Counted from the first letter of the stretch, positions 1 to 10,769 are shown. The stretch is DNA of 64,000 nt from Candidatus Nanohalarchaeota archaeon (GCA_017610385.1 JAFCCC010000001.1:1-64000), one strand, 5' to 3'. Program-made: numbers and translations. Notes: a model not told the origin generated them from the letters alone.

Positions 1-73
1 TGCATACGATATAATCTCCGAGCCTAACAACCCTGTTTATAGAGTAAAAGCACTAAGAGATTTTAGAGATGCT

Positions 74-433
74 ATGGGAATCAAAATACCAACATCTACT
101 TTAGAAAAAATAACAGGTCACTCTTTAAGGAATTCTGAATGGACTTACCCCCACGCACTCGTAGAAATAGACGAAAAATTGGGGGATTTACCAGAATATA
201 AGAAAGTAGAAATAGATCCCACACAGGCACAGCAGGCATATATGAATTGCCTTCCTAAAATAAATGAACATAAGGACGATAACTATTCTCGTTTTTTGGC
301 ATGGCGCGACGTGCTTGGTATTGAACCCTCGGAAGAAGTTTATCGTGCCTTGTTTGATTCATTGAATGAAAGAACTTGGCCATCTGTACCGGACACATTA
401 GATGCATTTAGAAGTGAGGGGGTAGAAGGATGA
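74..433 (+). CDS. hypothetical protein (may start upstream of the window)
   Basis: ORF overlaps the next start (ATGA); no recognised motif. Confidence 0.55.
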   Translation: MGIKIPTSTLEKITGHSLRNSEWTYPHALVEIDEKLGDLPEYKKVEIDPTQAQQAYMNCLPKINEHKDDNYSRFLAWRDVLGIEPSEEVYRALFDSLNERTWPSVPDTLDAFRSEGVEG

Positions 434-1890
434 GATTAAAACAAACACAAAAACAAAATGTTTCGAGGATAAAGAAAAATATACCCGATCAGAGGGAAGT
501 ATTAAAATATGGAAATCTTTTAATAGAAGAAAGATCAGTACCAGAATTTTTGGATCCAGCCCGCACATTCTCTTGGATGGAGGATTACTTTGAAGGGGGT
601 TTTCCATATAACATTGATACAAAATTTCGTTCAGGTAGTTATGCTAAAGAATTAAAAATAAGGCAAGAAAAAGGTTTTAGTAGGTTTCCGCACCCTCGAG
701 AGATAATGAATGTATTGTACGAATATAATGAAAATGAGGGAGCATTAATAGAACATTCTTCAAGAAAATATGATGATCGCGACGCCCTAGACAAATGTGG
801 GCCTCTTGAAGGACTTCTAGATAATTTACCAGATCTAAGTCTTAGTATAGATCCTGATCTTAAAAATTTTGCAACAGATTTCTTCAGAACGCCTTATGGG
901 GAGTGGACTAATTTAGCAATGGAACGTACTCCTGACCGCATCATACTAACTGAAATTCTTCCTTATTATACAGCAGACTCTGTTGGTGTATCTGAAAGGA
1001 AATACAAAGGTCAATTAAAAACAGATCCAAAACAAATTGAATTTAGAATATCTGAAAAAGTATTGCCTTCTGAAACTCCATTATCTTTACGAGATATATC
1101 AGAAATTTTTCATGAACGAGGGACTATCGGCACACATCTTACAACATCACCAGATACGTGGTTAGAGTTTATAAAATTAACTTGGTATTTGTTTGGAAAC
1201 ACGCAGGCGTATGTACGTAGTGAAAATCTTGGAATTTATCTTCCACCAATAGGAATGAAAGGATTTGTCTCTTTTGGAACTGGAAAGTATAAATTGCATT
1301 TAGGAACCTTTCCAGACAAAAGCGGAACACTTTATAACACAAAGGTTGGTCGTGGAGTCAGAACAACAAGAACTGATGAAATATATACTTCTTTGCTAGG
1401 AGGAAAAAAACGGAGAGGAGAAATAACTCTAAAACAATATTCTGGTAATGGCTCTGAGATTCCAGAATCAGTCATTCTTCCAAATTTGAATATTCCTAAA
1501 CAAGAAGGATTAGAAAAATATCCGTTAAGATATGAAAAAGAATCTTGTGGTTGGCAGGGCATAAAGATGTCTTTTAAGGATGGAGAAACTTTTTTAACTG
1601 TAGAAGATTTTGCAGACCTATTAACTGATAGACCTACAGCCGAGATTTGGGAGAAAACTCATGGAAGAAAAAATATCTTTGCAGGAGAATGGGAAAGCCC
1701 ATTACAAGGAATTCGGGGTCCTGGTTTGTTTGGAGTGCGAGAAAGATTAAAGGGATATCCACATTTGGCAGATGTTCTTTCGGTTTGGGATGGTTTAAAC
1801 AGCTTATGCGAATCCTATGACGTACTCAAAAACAAGACTGGAAGACTTAGTCTTATTCCTAAAAAGAATAATCAGGGTGATGAAAAATGA
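430..1890 (+). CDS. hypothetical protein
   Basis: 486-aa ORF, translationally coupled to both neighbours. Confidence 0.75.
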   Translation: MRLKQTQKQNVSRIKKNIPDQREVLKYGNLLIEERSVPEFLDPARTFSWMEDYFEGGFPYNIDTKFRSGSYAKELKIRQEKGFSRFPHPREIMNVLYEYNENEGALIEHSSRKYDDRDALDKCGPLEGLLDNLPDLSLSIDPDLKNFATDFFRTPYGEWTNLAMERTPDRIILTEILPYYTADSVGVSERKYKGQLKTDPKQIEFRISEKVLPSETPLSLRDISEIFHERGTIGTHLTTSPDTWLEFIKLTWYLFGNTQAYVRSENLGIYLPPIGMKGFVSFGTGKYKLHLGTFPDKSGTLYNTKVGRGVRTTRTDEIYTSLLGGKKRRGEITLKQYSGNGSEIPESVILPNLNIPKQEGLEKYPLRYEKESCGWQGIKMSFKDGETFLTVEDFADLLTDRPTAEIWEKTHGRKNIFAGEWESPLQGIRGPGLFGVRERLKGYPHLADVLSVWDGLNSLCESYDVLKNKTGRLSLIPKKNNQGDEK

Positions 1891-2657
1891 ACTTAATTCA
1901 ACGACATCGAGAGAAGAAGATCCTCGGTTATATGGCACAGGAGTTAGAATACGATCTTGATGGCAAAACTTGGGCAACTATTGAAAAATTAACAAATAAA
2001 CATGACTCGGAAGACATAGGATTTATGGTATATATTGGACCTCGACCGAGAGACAAAATCCAGGAACCAGACTACGACTTTGAATACGGCATAGAGGGAG
2101 TCATAATAGAAGGAACTAGGATAAGATTTATGGGGTGTGAGGAAGGACTAATTGATAAAATAGCATATGCAGAATTTATTCGTAGAGTTCCTAGTCGTTG
2201 GGAATTGGAAAACCATCTTAGTAGAGGGGCAAGGAATACCTTAGCACGTGGGGTCATCTATAGCTCTGACATTCGTGCATATCAAGTGGTAAGAGAAGAT
2301 AAGGAGGGTTTTTACTTAGTCTTTGATGAGGAACATGATAAAATTTCAGGAAGAATAGACGCATTAGAAATAGGTTCATACCATGCTTCAACAACAAGAT
2401 TCTCAAATGGAGTAGTATTACAAGGCAATATGCCTCCAATATATGGAGAAAAAGGTATAGAACCTTATGCGGGCGTAGGATATGGTTCAGGAATATATAG
2501 TCCAAAAGATGGTTCTAGAAGTCGTATTTCGCTCAAAAAAAGAGATGAGTTAAAAGACATGTTAAATCAAATAGAGAATAAAAAAGACATCCAGGGATTT
2601 TTAGTTCAAAGGGATTTGCAGGAGATTTTGCGTAGAACAAAAAACCTAGTTGAATAA
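1887..2657 (+). CDS. hypothetical protein
   Basis: 256-aa ORF with GGTGA Shine-Dalgarno and ATGA overlap. Confidence 0.75.
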   Translation: MNLIQRHREKKILGYMAQELEYDLDGKTWATIEKLTNKHDSEDIGFMVYIGPRPRDKIQEPDYDFEYGIEGVIIEGTRIRFMGCEEGLIDKIAYAEFIRRVPSRWELENHLSRGARNTLARGVIYSSDIRAYQVVREDKEGFYLVFDEEHDKISGRIDALEIGSYHASTTRFSNGVVLQGNMPPIYGEKGIEPYAGVGYGSGIYSPKDGSRSRISLKKRDELKDMLNQIENKKDIQGFLVQRDLQEILRRTKNLVE

Positions 2658-2670
2658 AGAGATGTAAAAA

Positions 2671-3816
2671 ATGAGTAAATGGTTTAATTTAAACAATAAG
2701 GAGTTGATAAAATCTTGCAAACCAGCACTTAAAGAGCTCTTTCAAAAAAGTAAGAAAAAATATATTGAACTCTTTTTGCAGGAGAAAGATACTGAAATTA
2801 AAGGAATTAATTTGGATCCTCTTCTTAAAACTGAAATAATTAAAAGAGTTGGAAACAAATTTCGGGCCAATGTTCAGGTTTTCCCTCTTTCAGGAAAATT
2901 TGTATGTACAGACTTCATATTTTCAATTCATAGAATCAAAAACAGTCGATTTATAAGACGAATAAATGATGTTTGGGCAATATTGCCTTATGAATCTGCT
3001 TACATAGCAAAAAAAGCGATAGTAAATGAAAAGGATTTTGTTCTTGATTTGGCTACTGGTTCTGGAATAATTGCAATTTTTTGTGCAGACAAGGCAAAAA
3101 AAGTGATTGCTACAGATATAAATCCCAAAGCAGTAAATTATGCGAAATTTAATGTAATTCTAAATGATTTAGAAGATAAAATTGAAGTTAGGGAAGGGAA
3201 TTTATTTGAACCTGTAAATGATTTAAAGTTTGATTTAATTATCTGGAATGGGCCAACAGTTGCCGTCCCAAAAACACCAGAGAAATATCCAATTTATGCT
3301 TATGGTGGTTTAGATGGTTTGGATTTTACGAGAAAATTTATTAAACAATCTCCAAAACACCTACAGAAAAAGGGTAGAATACAATGGTTAGAATTTGGGA
3401 TAGGAAATGTAAACCGGCCAGAAATTCTTAAAATAATTGAAAAAGAATGGCAAAATCTTAATTTTAAAGTTTTATTTGAGAGAAGAGTAAAACCAGCAGA
3501 TCTTTTTAGAGTTATAAATTATCATGACGAAAGAATGGAAGAAAATCCTTTAAATCGCCCATCTTTTCCTCTGTGGATAAAACCTATTAATAAGGAAGAA
3601 GAACAAAATTGGCACAATTTCCTTAAAAAAAATAATTTTACTCACATTCATAGTGGAGTTATTAAAGTTTATCCTAACACACATTTTGAGATAAAAATAG
3701 CTTCTTTAGAAGAAAAAGAATCATTTAAAAGGATGTTGTATTTTCTGCCAAATGATTGGCATTTTTTGGGTTATAAAAGAATCTTACAAATACTTAAAAT
3801 CTGCGAAAATTATTAA
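2671..3816 (+). CDS. class I SAM-dependent methyltransferase (HemK-like)
   Basis: VLDLATGSG motif I, DINP, FDLIIWNGP (NPPY-like), YGGLDG. Confidence 0.85.
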   Translation: MSKWFNLNNKELIKSCKPALKELFQKSKKKYIELFLQEKDTEIKGINLDPLLKTEIIKRVGNKFRANVQVFPLSGKFVCTDFIFSIHRIKNSRFIRRINDVWAILPYESAYIAKKAIVNEKDFVLDLATGSGIIAIFCADKAKKVIATDINPKAVNYAKFNVILNDLEDKIEVREGNLFEPVNDLKFDLIIWNGPTVAVPKTPEKYPIYAYGGLDGLDFTRKFIKQSPKHLQKKGRIQWLEFGIGNVNRPEILKIIEKEWQNLNFKVLFERRVKPADLFRVINYHDERMEENPLNRPSFPLWIKPINKEEEQNWHNFLKKNNFTHIHSGVIKVYPNTHFEIKIASLEEKESFKRMLYFLPNDWHFLGYKRILQILKICENY

Positions 3817-3824
3817 AAATCAAT

Positions 3825-4064
3825 CTATTTTTTTATAGTCTTTTCATCTAGATTTTCAAGGGTTTTACCGATCCAAATAGTTACAAGTACGGCCAGAATA
3901 GTCACAATAACCGCATAAACCCAAACCCCTCCTGAAGCTAAAAAATGTAATGGCCCTCCAACTGCAAAAAGAGATTTAATTGCTTCGTTCCACGCTAATG
4001 CAGCTACAAGTCCAAATGCGGCAGTAATCAGAGCAGCTAATTTTTCAATCACTTGCTTATTCAT
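3825..4064 (-). CDS. small 2-TM membrane protein (DUF5654-like)
   Basis: LITAAFGLVAALAWNEAI signature. Confidence 0.8.
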   Translation of the reverse strand: MNKQVIEKLAALITAAFGLVAALAWNEAIKSLFAVGGPLHFLASGGVWVYAVIVTILAVLVTIWIGKTLENLDEKTIKK

Positions 4065-4137
4065 AAGATCCCTTCCTAAAAACTAATGGGCTAAAATATA
4101 AATCCGTATGTTTTTTCAAAGAAGCAATATGCTTTTT

Positions 4138-4713
4138 TTAAAGTCCAACTTGGTCAGAAATCTTTTGAATCGCGGAAATAGATAATTCAAAAAATTCAGT
4201 TAGGCTTAATCCTAATTCTTCACATTCTTTAATAACATCCCTATTTATTTTTCTGGCAAAGCTCAGATCCTTAAACTTTTTATTTAGACCTTTAACCTTC
4301 ATTTCATTCATACCACCACGCATAAGTGCATACGCATGAATTAATCCCGTCAAGGTTTCTGCACAAGCCAGTGCATGTTCAATAGGTTTAGTTCTTACCT
4401 GGTCTTTAAGACCAGCACAATCAAATCCATATCCATGGGATTTAATTACTTCAATAAATTCTTCGCCAAATCCATTTTCCTTTAAAATTTGCGGTGCTTT
4501 TGTCAAATGATTTTTCTCATTTTCACGCGTAAGTTCCCAATCAATATCATGTAGTAACCCTAACATGCCCCAAGATTCTTCATTTTTCCCTAGTTTCTTC
4601 GCTAGAGCCTTCATAATCGCCTCGCTCTCAAGATAATGATTAAGACTTGTAGAGTCTTTATTATACTTCTTAACTAATTCCCAAGCAGATTCTCTGGTAA
4701 TTGGTAAATTCAT
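4138..4713 (-). CDS. HD/HDIG-domain hydrolase
   Basis: H...GLLHDID...H motifs. Confidence 0.85.
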   Translation of the reverse strand: MNLPITRESAWELVKKYNKDSTSLNHYLESEAIMKALAKKLGKNEESWGMLGLLHDIDWELTRENEKNHLTKAPQILKENGFGEEFIEVIKSHGYGFDCAGLKDQVRTKPIEHALACAETLTGLIHAYALMRGGMNEMKVKGLNKKFKDLSFARKINRDVIKECEELGLSLTEFFELSISAIQKISDQVGL

Positions 4714-4748
4714 TTTAACCTAAACTAAAATACGTAAAAAATAATAAA

Positions 4749-4994
4749 TTAATTTTCTTTTGGTTTTTCAGTTTCTTCGTTTTCTACTTTTTCAACTGTG
4801 GTTTTTTCCTCAAGGGATTCTTTCTCAATGGGTTTTACGGGTGTTTTAGCAATAGTGGAATACCCGCATTTTCCACAAGTAAGTCTGTTTTTATGATTTG
4901 CTAAAAGACCTCCACAGCGCGGACATCGTTCCCCTTTTAAAGTTCCATCAGAACCATATTTTTCATAAAGCTTAACTTTTGCATGTTTTGGCAT
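4749..4994 (-). CDS. rps27ae: 30S ribosomal protein S27ae with acidic tail
   Basis: CPRCG...H..RLTCGKCGY. Confidence 0.9.
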   Translation of the reverse strand: MPKHAKVKLYEKYGSDGTLKGERCPRCGGLLANHKNRLTCGKCGYSTIAKTPVKPIEKESLEEKTTVEKVENEETEKPKEN

Positions 4995-5474
4995 TTAGAT
5001 CGCCTCTGTATTCTCTTCAGGTTTTTCAGTTTCTTCTACTTTTAATTCTTCTTTTGCAGTTTTCTTTATTTTTTCATTAGAAGGGTTTTCTTTAGCGATA
5101 ACCGCAGTTTTTTCTTCAACAGAAGTTTTTTCTATAGTTTCCACTTTTTCTTCTGCGGGAGTTTCCTTATTTTTTTCTTCGATAGCAGAAGTCTTTTCTT
5201 CTTCTTTTGCAACTTCTACTATTTCTTCTTTTAGTTTCAAACGTTCCTGAGATTCGTCCCAGACCTTAATTATGCCTTTAGAAAATGGAGATCCATAAAT
5301 AGAATGAATAAATTTAACTTCAATTCTATTTAAATCCCAATCTTTTTCAGTAGACAATTTTCTTCTAATAGATTCTTTAGAGGGAGTTGCACCACCTTCA
5401 TGATCAATAATCACTTCTAAATCTAATCTTTTCAATAATGAATTTCTTTCCTCTTTTTGGATTTTAAATTTCAT
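4995..5474 (-). CDS. rps24e: 30S ribosomal protein S24e with long acidic tail
   Basis: NSLLKR...HEGGATPSK; conserved operon context. Confidence 0.85.
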   Translation of the reverse strand: MKFKIQKEERNSLLKRLDLEVIIDHEGGATPSKESIRRKLSTEKDWDLNRIEVKFIHSIYGSPFSKGIIKVWDESQERLKLKEEIVEVAKEEEKTSAIEEKNKETPAEEKVETIEKTSVEEKTAVIAKENPSNEKIKKTAKEELKVEETEKPEENTEAI

Positions 5475-5483
5475 TTAATCACC

Positions 5484-5669
5484 TTATGCTCTTACTCGAA
5501 TTGCATATCTGCCGGGAGAAGTAATTCCTACTTTTTTGGCAATCTCACTCTCAGCATCATAAACAATTAATAAACCACTCCAAGACGCAGTTAAATCTTT
5601 ACTTCTACAAATTGGACATTCATTACCCGTCGTTATAAGTCTTCTACAGTTTTTACAGGCTTTTTCCAT
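5484..5669 (-). CDS. spt4: transcription elongation factor Spt4 (RpoE'')
   Basis: ACKNC...CPIC...WSG...PGRYAI. Confidence 0.95.
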   Translation of the reverse strand: MEKACKNCRRLITTGNECPICRSKDLTASWSGLLIVYDAESEIAKKVGITSPGRYAIRVRA

Positions 5670-6239
5670 TTATTTTTCCGCCTCTAGTTTCTTTTTCTTT
5701 TCTTCTTCTTTTTCAGAAATCCAAGTTATACTTCCTAAACCGGGCTGTCTCATTGTCAAATTTACCTTATTAACTTCCCTTTTATCCAAAGAAACTGCAG
5801 TAACCCTAGTAATAACTTCATCTCCAACCTGCAAACTTCTTTTATTATCTCGCCCAACAAACCTATTTTGTTTATCATCATAACTCACAAAATCATCCAT
5901 AATTTGTGAAACATGACATAAACCATCTAAAGGTCCAATTCTTACAAAAGAACCAAATTCTGTAATCTCAGTAACTTCTCCTTTAATAATTTCATGCAGT
6001 TCTGGCTGAAAAACAACTGCACGGTATTTTGTATCGAAAAATACGCCTGCATCTTCTGGTTCAATAAGGCCGTCTCCTATATCTGAAACATCTAAAATAG
6101 CTAAAAAAACTCCAGCATCTCTGCTTACTTTACCTTCTAATGAATCAGCAAGACTACTAATTATAGCTTCTTTTACGTTTGTGCCTAATTTTTCAGGAGG
6201 CACCCTTATACGATCTTCAATTGTGAGAATTCTGTACAT
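5670..6239 (-). CDS. rpoE1: RNA polymerase subunit E' (Rpo7)
   Basis: IRVPPEKLG and S1 domain FVRIGPLDGLCHVSQI; start moved to ATG at 6239. Confidence 0.95.
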   Translation of the reverse strand: MYRILTIEDRIRVPPEKLGTNVKEAIISSLADSLEGKVSRDAGVFLAILDVSDIGDGLIEPEDAGVFFDTKYRAVVFQPELHEIIKGEVTEITEFGSFVRIGPLDGLCHVSQIMDDFVSYDDKQNRFVGRDNKRSLQVGDEVITRVTAVSLDKREVNKVNLTMRQPGLGSITWISEKEEEKKKKLEAEK

Positions 6240-6359
6240 AACAATCGCTCTCCTACCGAATGTATTAAATATCTTTATAAAGTAATTTCTTCTTGGATGA
6301 AGTTTAAACAATAAAACATTAAAAGATTTCTTTTATATTTCTAAAAATTAAGCAAATAA

Positions 6360-6743
6360 TTATTTAAATCGATCAAATTGTTCTAATTGCAATTTATTCT
6401 TTTGCCGCATGAAAATATGATTAACTCGTTTTTTGTACAAGTGTGATCTTAATTCTTTATCATTAGTCGCAATAATGTACCCTACCGTGCCTAATTCTAA
6501 AAGTAGATCATCTACTGGAATATTTTTTTCGTTCTCTAAGATCGTAATATTATGCAAATCTATAATTTTTTTACACAAAGACACATAGCGCCCATTTTCT
6601 AAATGATAAAGTTCATCAACGCTTCTTTCTAATAAATACAGTTTGAAATTATCTAAAAGTCTGTTAAATTCTGAAAAAATATCTACATGAAACTGAATTG
6701 GAATTAAAATAAAATTAGTATCTAATATAATTTTTTCTAACAT
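6360..6743 (-). CDS. PIN-domain nuclease (Fcf1-like)
   Basis: ILDTNFI, VDD, ATNDKEL; lies downstream of aIF2 gamma. Confidence 0.9.
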   Translation of the reverse strand: MLEKIILDTNFILIPIQFHVDIFSEFNRLLDNFKLYLLERSVDELYHLENGRYVSLCKKIIDLHNITILENEKNIPVDDLLLELGTVGYIIATNDKELRSHLYKKRVNHIFMRQKNKLQLEQFDRFK

Positions 6744-6837
6744 AAATAAAACTTAGAAATCAATATTTAAAAATAAGAGAAAGTATAAAAATAAAAATTC
6801 ATATTGTGTGTAGTAATTAAACTACATCACTACGAGA

Positions 6838-6984
6838 CTACCAATCTTCATCTTCAAAATCTTCATCTAAAGGATCGTCAGCCTCATCTGGGTTTTCATT
6901 TTTTTCCTTTTCTTTTTTATCTGCTTCGTCGTCCCAAAAAGCCCCTTCATCATCATCCATGGTATGAATCCAATTTTTAATCAT
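6838..6984 (-). CDS. small, highly acidic protein (48 aa, not in ORF track)
   Basis: MIKNWIHTMDDDEGAFWDDEAD...DEDFEDEDW*, with GGAGATGA Shine-Dalgarno. Confidence 0.55.
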   Translation of the reverse strand: MIKNWIHTMDDDEGAFWDDEADKKEKEKNENPDEADDPLDEDFEDEDW

Positions 6985-7091
6985 ATTAAATCATCTCCAT
7001 GTATTCTTAATCGAGAAATGTTGTGCACATTTAAATACTTTATTATATTTTTTGCGCTTAGAACAAATATATACTTTTGAAATAATTTAAA

Positions 7092-8312
7092 TTAGTTTTT
7101 AATCATGCCGTATCCAATAAGTCTCCATCGAGATCCAACAATTCTAGAAATAACTACTTTTTGATTTTTTTCTGTACAAACTGGCAGATTTAGTCGAATG
7201 GTTGTAATTTTACCAACATCTAGAATGGTTCCGGAAGTTTTGGCAGTGCCAACACTAAGCAGTATAACTTCTCCTTTTTTTAAAGCACTAATTTTTTCTT
7301 CATCTCCACTACCAAGAACTCTTTCCATTAAAGTAATCTCTAAGTCCAAGGCGTCTTGTGCATCAGGAACTTGACCTATATTTCCAAGAACATTTCCCAC
7401 CAAGGCATCTGCTTTAGTTAGGGAAGGATCTAAATAAGTTTCAATTGCCAATAATCCTCCTGGAGAACCAATATCTAAATCTTCATTTCCTTGTCTAATA
7501 TTCTTTATTTTTGTGAAAACCGGTTTCCAAGAATTTTTTTCTTTAAATCCCGGCCTAATCTCAATTTCATCTCCAATTTTTAAGGATCCGGAAATCAAAC
7601 TACCTCCCAAAACACCTCCATGCAATTTATCAATAGGCGTTGCTGGACGATTAATATCAAAACTTCGTGCAATTAACATTCGTGCATTTGCCTTTATATT
7701 CCTTTTAGGTGTTTTAATCGTATTCTGAATTGTTTCTATTAATAAATCAATATTTACCTTGTGTTGTGCGGATATAGGAATAATTGGTGCGTTTTCTGCA
7801 ATTGTATTCTTAACAAACTTTAAAATTTCTTGATAGCTTTCTTTTGCACGTTCTAAAGAAACGGCATCGATTTTATTTTGAACAATTATAATATTTTTAA
7901 TTCCAACTATATCTAAAACAGCTAAATGCTCTTTGGTTTGTGGTTGAGGGCACGCTTCATCAGCAGAGATTACTAATAAGGCCCCATCCATTATTGCAGC
8001 ACCACTTAACATATTTGCCATAAGCGTCTCGTGTCCGGGAGCATCAACCAAACTAACTGTTCTAAGAATATCTGTCTTTTCATTACAATGACTGCATTTT
8101 TTAGCAGTAGTATATGCTACAGATCCCTGACATTTCTTACATTTTCGTATAGCAATATCCGCATAACCTAATCTAATCGTAATACCTCTTTTAATTTCTT
8201 CAGAATGAGTATCAACCCACAGTCCACTTAGAGCCTGAACTAGAGTTGTCTTTCCAGAATCTACATGACCTACTAATCCAATATTTACTTCGGGAATTAA
8301 TTTATTTGACAT
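7092..8312 (-). CDS. eif2g: translation initiation factor aIF2 gamma
   Basis: GHVDSGKT, RGITIRLGY, DAPGHE, NKID. Confidence 0.97.
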   Translation of the reverse strand: MSNKLIPEVNIGLVGHVDSGKTTLVQALSGLWVDTHSEEIKRGITIRLGYADIAIRKCKKCQGSVAYTTAKKCSHCNEKTDILRTVSLVDAPGHETLMANMLSGAAIMDGALLVISADEACPQPQTKEHLAVLDIVGIKNIIIVQNKIDAVSLERAKESYQEILKFVKNTIAENAPIIPISAQHKVNIDLLIETIQNTIKTPKRNIKANARMLIARSFDINRPATPIDKLHGGVLGGSLISGSLKIGDEIEIRPGFKEKNSWKPVFTKIKNIRQGNEDLDIGSPGGLLAIETYLDPSLTKADALVGNVLGNIGQVPDAQDALDLEITLMERVLGSGDEEKISALKKGEVILLSVGTAKTSGTILDVGKITTIRLNLPVCTEKNQKVVISRIVGSRWRLIGYGMIKN

Positions 8313-8378
8313 ATGGCCTACTTTAACAACGAGCTTTTAATAATTGACTCAAAGATCATAGGAATTTTGTTTCTAATC

Positions 8379-8801
8379 CTATGTGCTTTTAGAATTTTTA
8401 TCTTCTACAGTTTCTATATTATTTAAATTCCAAAGTTCTTCAACAGATTTTTTTCCCTCTTTAATAATCTTAATATTTAATTGAGCAATTTGTTCAGAAA
8501 TAGTATTGCCTCTAATAGATTTTCTACGTCTATATCCATTTCTATTAGCGTTTTTGAAACCGATACCAGGAGTTAAAACAATAGAGACTCTATTTGCTCC
8601 TTCGATATTTCTTTTAGAGGGAAATCCTTCTTTATCGCTGGCACCAGTCACTTGTAAGTTATATCCCATTAAACCCACCAATGATCCATCGAATTCATCT
8701 CCGATTTTTAATCCTACTATATTCTCTATTTGATTTTCTTCAATCTCTTTTTGAAAAGTTTTTCCTGTTTTAGTTCCGATAACCAGTATTATTTTAATCA
8801 C
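8379..8801 (-). CDS. rps6e: 30S ribosomal protein S6e
   Basis: TGASDKEGFP, RRRKSIRGN, QLN. Confidence 0.95.
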   Translation of the reverse strand: MIKIILVIGTKTGKTFQKEIEENQIENIVGLKIGDEFDGSLVGLMGYNLQVTGASDKEGFPSKRNIEGANRVSIVLTPGIGFKNANRNGYRRRKSIRGNTISEQIAQLNIKIIKEGKKSVEELWNLNNIETVEDKNSKST

Positions 8802-8930
8802 TCAATAAACAGTTTTCAAATAAGCTTTTATAGCTTTGTACAATCATGCTGATTTTTGAATAATTTTATTTACGCTCCTAACTCAAACAAACATAATTGA
8901 TTTAAGGCAGTTTCAAGAAAGTATTGTCAT

Positions 8931-10769
8931 ATGGACTTATCTCCTCTCTTGTTAAAATTAGGAATACAGTTAAATTCAGAATTTAGCATATTGTTTACTA
9001 TTGGAATTATCATTATTACTGCAGCATTAATGGGTCTAATCGCTAGAGTATTAAAACAGCCACTAATTTTAGGATATTTATTCGCCGGATTAATTTTGGG
9101 CCCGAATTGTTTAGGATTAGTTACGAGTCATGAAATAATTGCTGCTTTCGCGGAACTTGGTGTAGCATTCTTATTATTTCTAGTAGGATTAGAATTAGAT
9201 TTATCTAAATTAAAGGAATGTGGAAAAGTCGCATTATTAGCAGGCATAATTGAAGTTTTGACGGTTTTTTCATTGGGATTTTTTATAGCCACTTTATTCA
9301 AATTTGGGTTGCTGTCCGCAGTGTATATGGGTATGATTCTATCGTTCAGTTCTACGGCCATTTTAATTCAGTTATTATCAAATAAAAGAAAACTCAGTAC
9401 ATTACATGGCAGAATTATTTTGGGAATTTTATTGGTTCAAGATGTTTTAGCTGTTATAGCATTGTCTATTTTAACTACTATTGGAAATTTTTCAATCGGG
9501 GCACTCGGTTCGTCATTATTAATTGGAGTAGGATTGGTGGCTTTAGCGATATTTCTAAGTCAATATCTTGTGCCAATCATATTCAAAAAAATCCAAAAAT
9601 CACCAGAATTAATGTTTTTAATCTCAATAGCGGTACTTTTCTTGTTTATTGGATTAACCACTAAGGTAGGTTTATCTTCTGCGATTGGCGGATTTATTGC
9701 CGGGATCAGTCTAAGTGCATTTCCATATAATGTAGAAATTATGAGTCGCGCAAAATCATTAAAGGATTTTTTTGTGACTATATTTTTTGTTTCTTTGGGC
9801 TTAATTATAGATCTATCCAATTTTTCTGCGATGATACTTCCTTTTTTAGCATTTTTAGGTGTTGTAATGATATTTAAACCATTTATTGTAACTTTAATAA
9901 TACACTTACAAGGATATAGACGTAGAACCGCATTGCTCTCTGGAATTTCTTTAGGGCAGATAAGCGAATTTTCGCTTGTATTGGCATTAACTGGATTAAG
10001 TTTAGGCCACATTAGCTCTCAAACATTTTCATTGGCGGCGCTGTTACTAATTGTTACGGTGATACTTACATCATACATAATTAAATTTGATAATCAAATA
10101 GCGAATAAACTTTCTTGGCTATTTTATTTTTCAGATAGCAAAAAAACAAGAAAAGAATCAGAAATTGAAAATATTCCAAAACACATTTCTAAACATATTG
10201 TACTGTTTGGAGCTCATGAAAAGGGCAGAAAAACCATAGATTACTTAAAGAAAAAGGGTATGCAGATCATAGCAGTAGATTATGATCCAGAAGTAGTTAG
10301 AAGACTGAAAAAAAGAGGTATTCCTTGTTTATATGGGGATGCAATGCATCCTGAAATTTTAGAAAGATTAAATCTAAAAAAAGCAGAATTGGTAATCTCA
10401 ACACTAATAGATTTTGATGATAATTTATTTTTAGTAAAAACAATTAAAGAATTAAATCCAGATGTTTTGGTATTTGTCTCAGCAGAAGATTTAGATTCTG
10501 CTTTAAGGTTATATGATAAAGGTGCAGATTATGTGTTGTGCCCAAAAACCGTTGCTAGTGAAGCATTATTAAGTGCAGTTGTAAACGCAATACATACAAA
10601 AGATAGATTAGAAAGACTTAAAATTTCTCAAATTCGGGAATTAGAACATAAGAAAGAAGAAGATGTATTAGGTACATTTGGACCAACATTCTTAAAAGAT
10701 ATAAAAAGAAGGATTAGTGAGAAATCTTGGAGAAGTAATAAAAATGAAACTGATCAAAAGCGGCGCTGA
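8931..10769 (+). CDS. Kef-type cation:proton antiporter with TrkA-N domain
   Basis: LFLVGLE, SFSSTAI, LLVQD, YGDA. Confidence 0.92.
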   Translation: MDLSPLLLKLGIQLNSEFSILFTIGIIIITAALMGLIARVLKQPLILGYLFAGLILGPNCLGLVTSHEIIAAFAELGVAFLLFLVGLELDLSKLKECGKVALLAGIIEVLTVFSLGFFIATLFKFGLLSAVYMGMILSFSSTAILIQLLSNKRKLSTLHGRIILGILLVQDVLAVIALSILTTIGNFSIGALGSSLLIGVGLVALAIFLSQYLVPIIFKKIQKSPELMFLISIAVLFLFIGLTTKVGLSSAIGGFIAGISLSAFPYNVEIMSRAKSLKDFFVTIFFVSLGLIIDLSNFSAMILPFLAFLGVVMIFKPFIVTLIIHLQGYRRRTALLSGISLGQISEFSLVLALTGLSLGHISSQTFSLAALLLIVTVILTSYIIKFDNQIANKLSWLFYFSDSKKTRKESEIENIPKHISKHIVLFGAHEKGRKTIDYLKKKGMQIIAVDYDPEVVRRLKKRGIPCLYGDAMHPEILERLNLKKAELVISTLIDFDDNLFLVKTIKELNPDVLVFVSAEDLDSALRLYDKGADYVLCPKTVASEALLSAVVNAIHTKDRLERLKISQIRELEHKKEEDVLGTFGPTFLKDIKRRISEKSWRSNKNETDQKRR

